Source: Hemiscyllium ocellatum
Taxonomy: Eukaryota
Assembly: GCF_020745735.1 (NCBI RefSeq)
Contig: NC_083409.1
Location: forward strand, 10,576,978-10,640,977
Direction: 5' to 3'
Length of the DNA: 64,000 nt
Shown piece after piece: positions 63,100 through 64,000 of the stretch. How positions within the stretch are numbered: position 1 is the stretch's first letter; each line of letters opens with the position of its first letter. Under the pieces are notes generated by a model. That model searched no databases and was not told the DNA's origin. It saw only the letters and a program-made list of their open reading frames with translations. The translations under genes were made by a program, and so were the position numbers.

Positions 63100-63540
63100 T
63101 GTGTGATTGAGCAGAGTAAAAGCTGGGGGAGGTGGGAGCTCGGTGTCTCACTGTGCTGCTGCTGCTGCTGTTGAGGTCAGTGAAATCAGAGACTGGGACA
63201 GGGAGCCAGAGCTCACATCAAAATCTGCCCATGTCCGTCACACTGAGACTGGCAGGAGGCTAGTCACTGATTTCACTCCATGCTGCAGGAATGGGACCAC
63301 AGGCTGAAAATGGACAGAGCTCCTCCACACAGTGAGTAAAACTGACTGACTTCTGTCTTGCTGCTTAAGCGGGGCAATGGAACTAAAGAGATACAGCTGG
63401 ACACCCTGTTCGACACAGTGCTCCTCAATCAACCATTTCATTCACTGCAGCTCCCCACTAACACCTTCAACAATTCAGCATTTGTGATTTAGAAAGTGTA
63501 TTTCAGTATTGACAGGGTTAATAACGGACAATTGGGGTTT
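63100..63540 (-). promoter_or_regulatory. Paralog of the J-proximal conserved intron block
   Basis: Reverse complement of 12984-13420. Confidence 0.5.
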
Positions 63541-63546
63541 ACTTGC

Positions 63547-63581
63547 TCTGTCTGAGTTTAGTTCCTTAACCGAACGTGTAA
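63547..63581 (-). pseudogene. IGKJ: Unrearranged kappa J segment, Y-T-F-G-stop-G-T-K-L-R-Q, with a GC splice donor
   Basis: Minus strand T TAC ACG TTC GGT TAA GGA ACT AAA CTC AGA CAG A|GCAAGT. Confidence 0.9.
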
Positions 63582-63620
63582 CACAGTGAGAGCTCCCAGT
63601 GCAGAGGCTGTACAAAAACC
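63582..63620 (-). promoter_or_regulatory. Perfect 23-bp-spacer recombination signal sequence of J
   Basis: CACAGTG (63582-63588), 23 nt, ACAAAAACC (63612-63620) on +, facing J as in kappa loci. Confidence 0.96.
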
Positions 63621-64000
63621 TCTGCTCTCTGCTTCCCCCTGTCACTCTCAACCTCTCCCTGTCTCTCTCTGTCTCTGTCTATTCTTGGTCAATCTCATTC
63701 ACTCCCTACCCCTCTCTGTCTCTTCCTCATTCATGTGTCTTTCTCTCTCTGTCTCCCTGGGTTGTCTCCAGCTACTCTCAGGGGTTTATGAAATTTAGTT
63801 TTCATTGTTAAATCTTGCAGCTGTTCTTCACATGCGGTCATGGAGTGTAAGAGGGAAACTTGAGGCCTTCAGTGAGCGGTGGACACCACAGGGACTGGAG
63901 TGTGTCATGGACAGCGACAACCCCAGCATGGGGTAATTTGTTCAATTTACTTTATATATAACTGTGGACGTGTCAGTGCAGGAGGTGGGACTGTCTGTCC

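Noticed and set aside
63932-63966. Possible V-side RSS (minus strand CACAGTT...ACAAATTAC)
   Set aside because: The spacer is 18 nt and the adjoining sequence is not a V coding end; the cluster-2 V is not in the window
1-64000. CRISPR arrays, rRNA, or prokaryotic operons
   Set aside because: No repeat-spacer arrays or rRNA-like sequence; content is vertebrate

Overview
Eukaryotic, repeat-dense DNA from a cartilaginous fish (shark; inferred from the Ig light-chain sequence and the HE1/HER1-type SINE/LINE content). The only host genes are two kappa-type (shark NS4/type III-like) Ig light-chain miniclusters lying tail-to-tail. Cluster 1 (+) has a promoter, a leader exon (12412-12460), an already joined V-J exon with no RSS left (12647-12977; out of frame by 2 nt) and an intact C exon (22442-22770). 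Cluster 2 (-) has an unrearranged J with a perfect 23-RSS but an in-frame stop and a GC donor (63547-63620), and a C exon (48833-49161) in which a -1 and a +1 indel compensate and leave a full-length open frame with a recoded middle; its V lies outside the window. A degenerate telomeric array (10843-11665, containing a 160-nt N gap) is inserted into a CR1 remnant about 630 bp upstream of the cluster-1 promoter. A near-intact full-length L1 (56993-62806, 14-bp TSD) sits in the cluster-2 J-C intron. The rest is CR1/L2 LINE fragments, HE1 (V-SINE) and Deu-domain SINEs, a Gypsy RT remnant, and several Penelope-like elements carrying minimal hammerhead ribozyme motifs and inverted pLTRs. Boundaries of old repeats are approximate and identities were estimated by eye.
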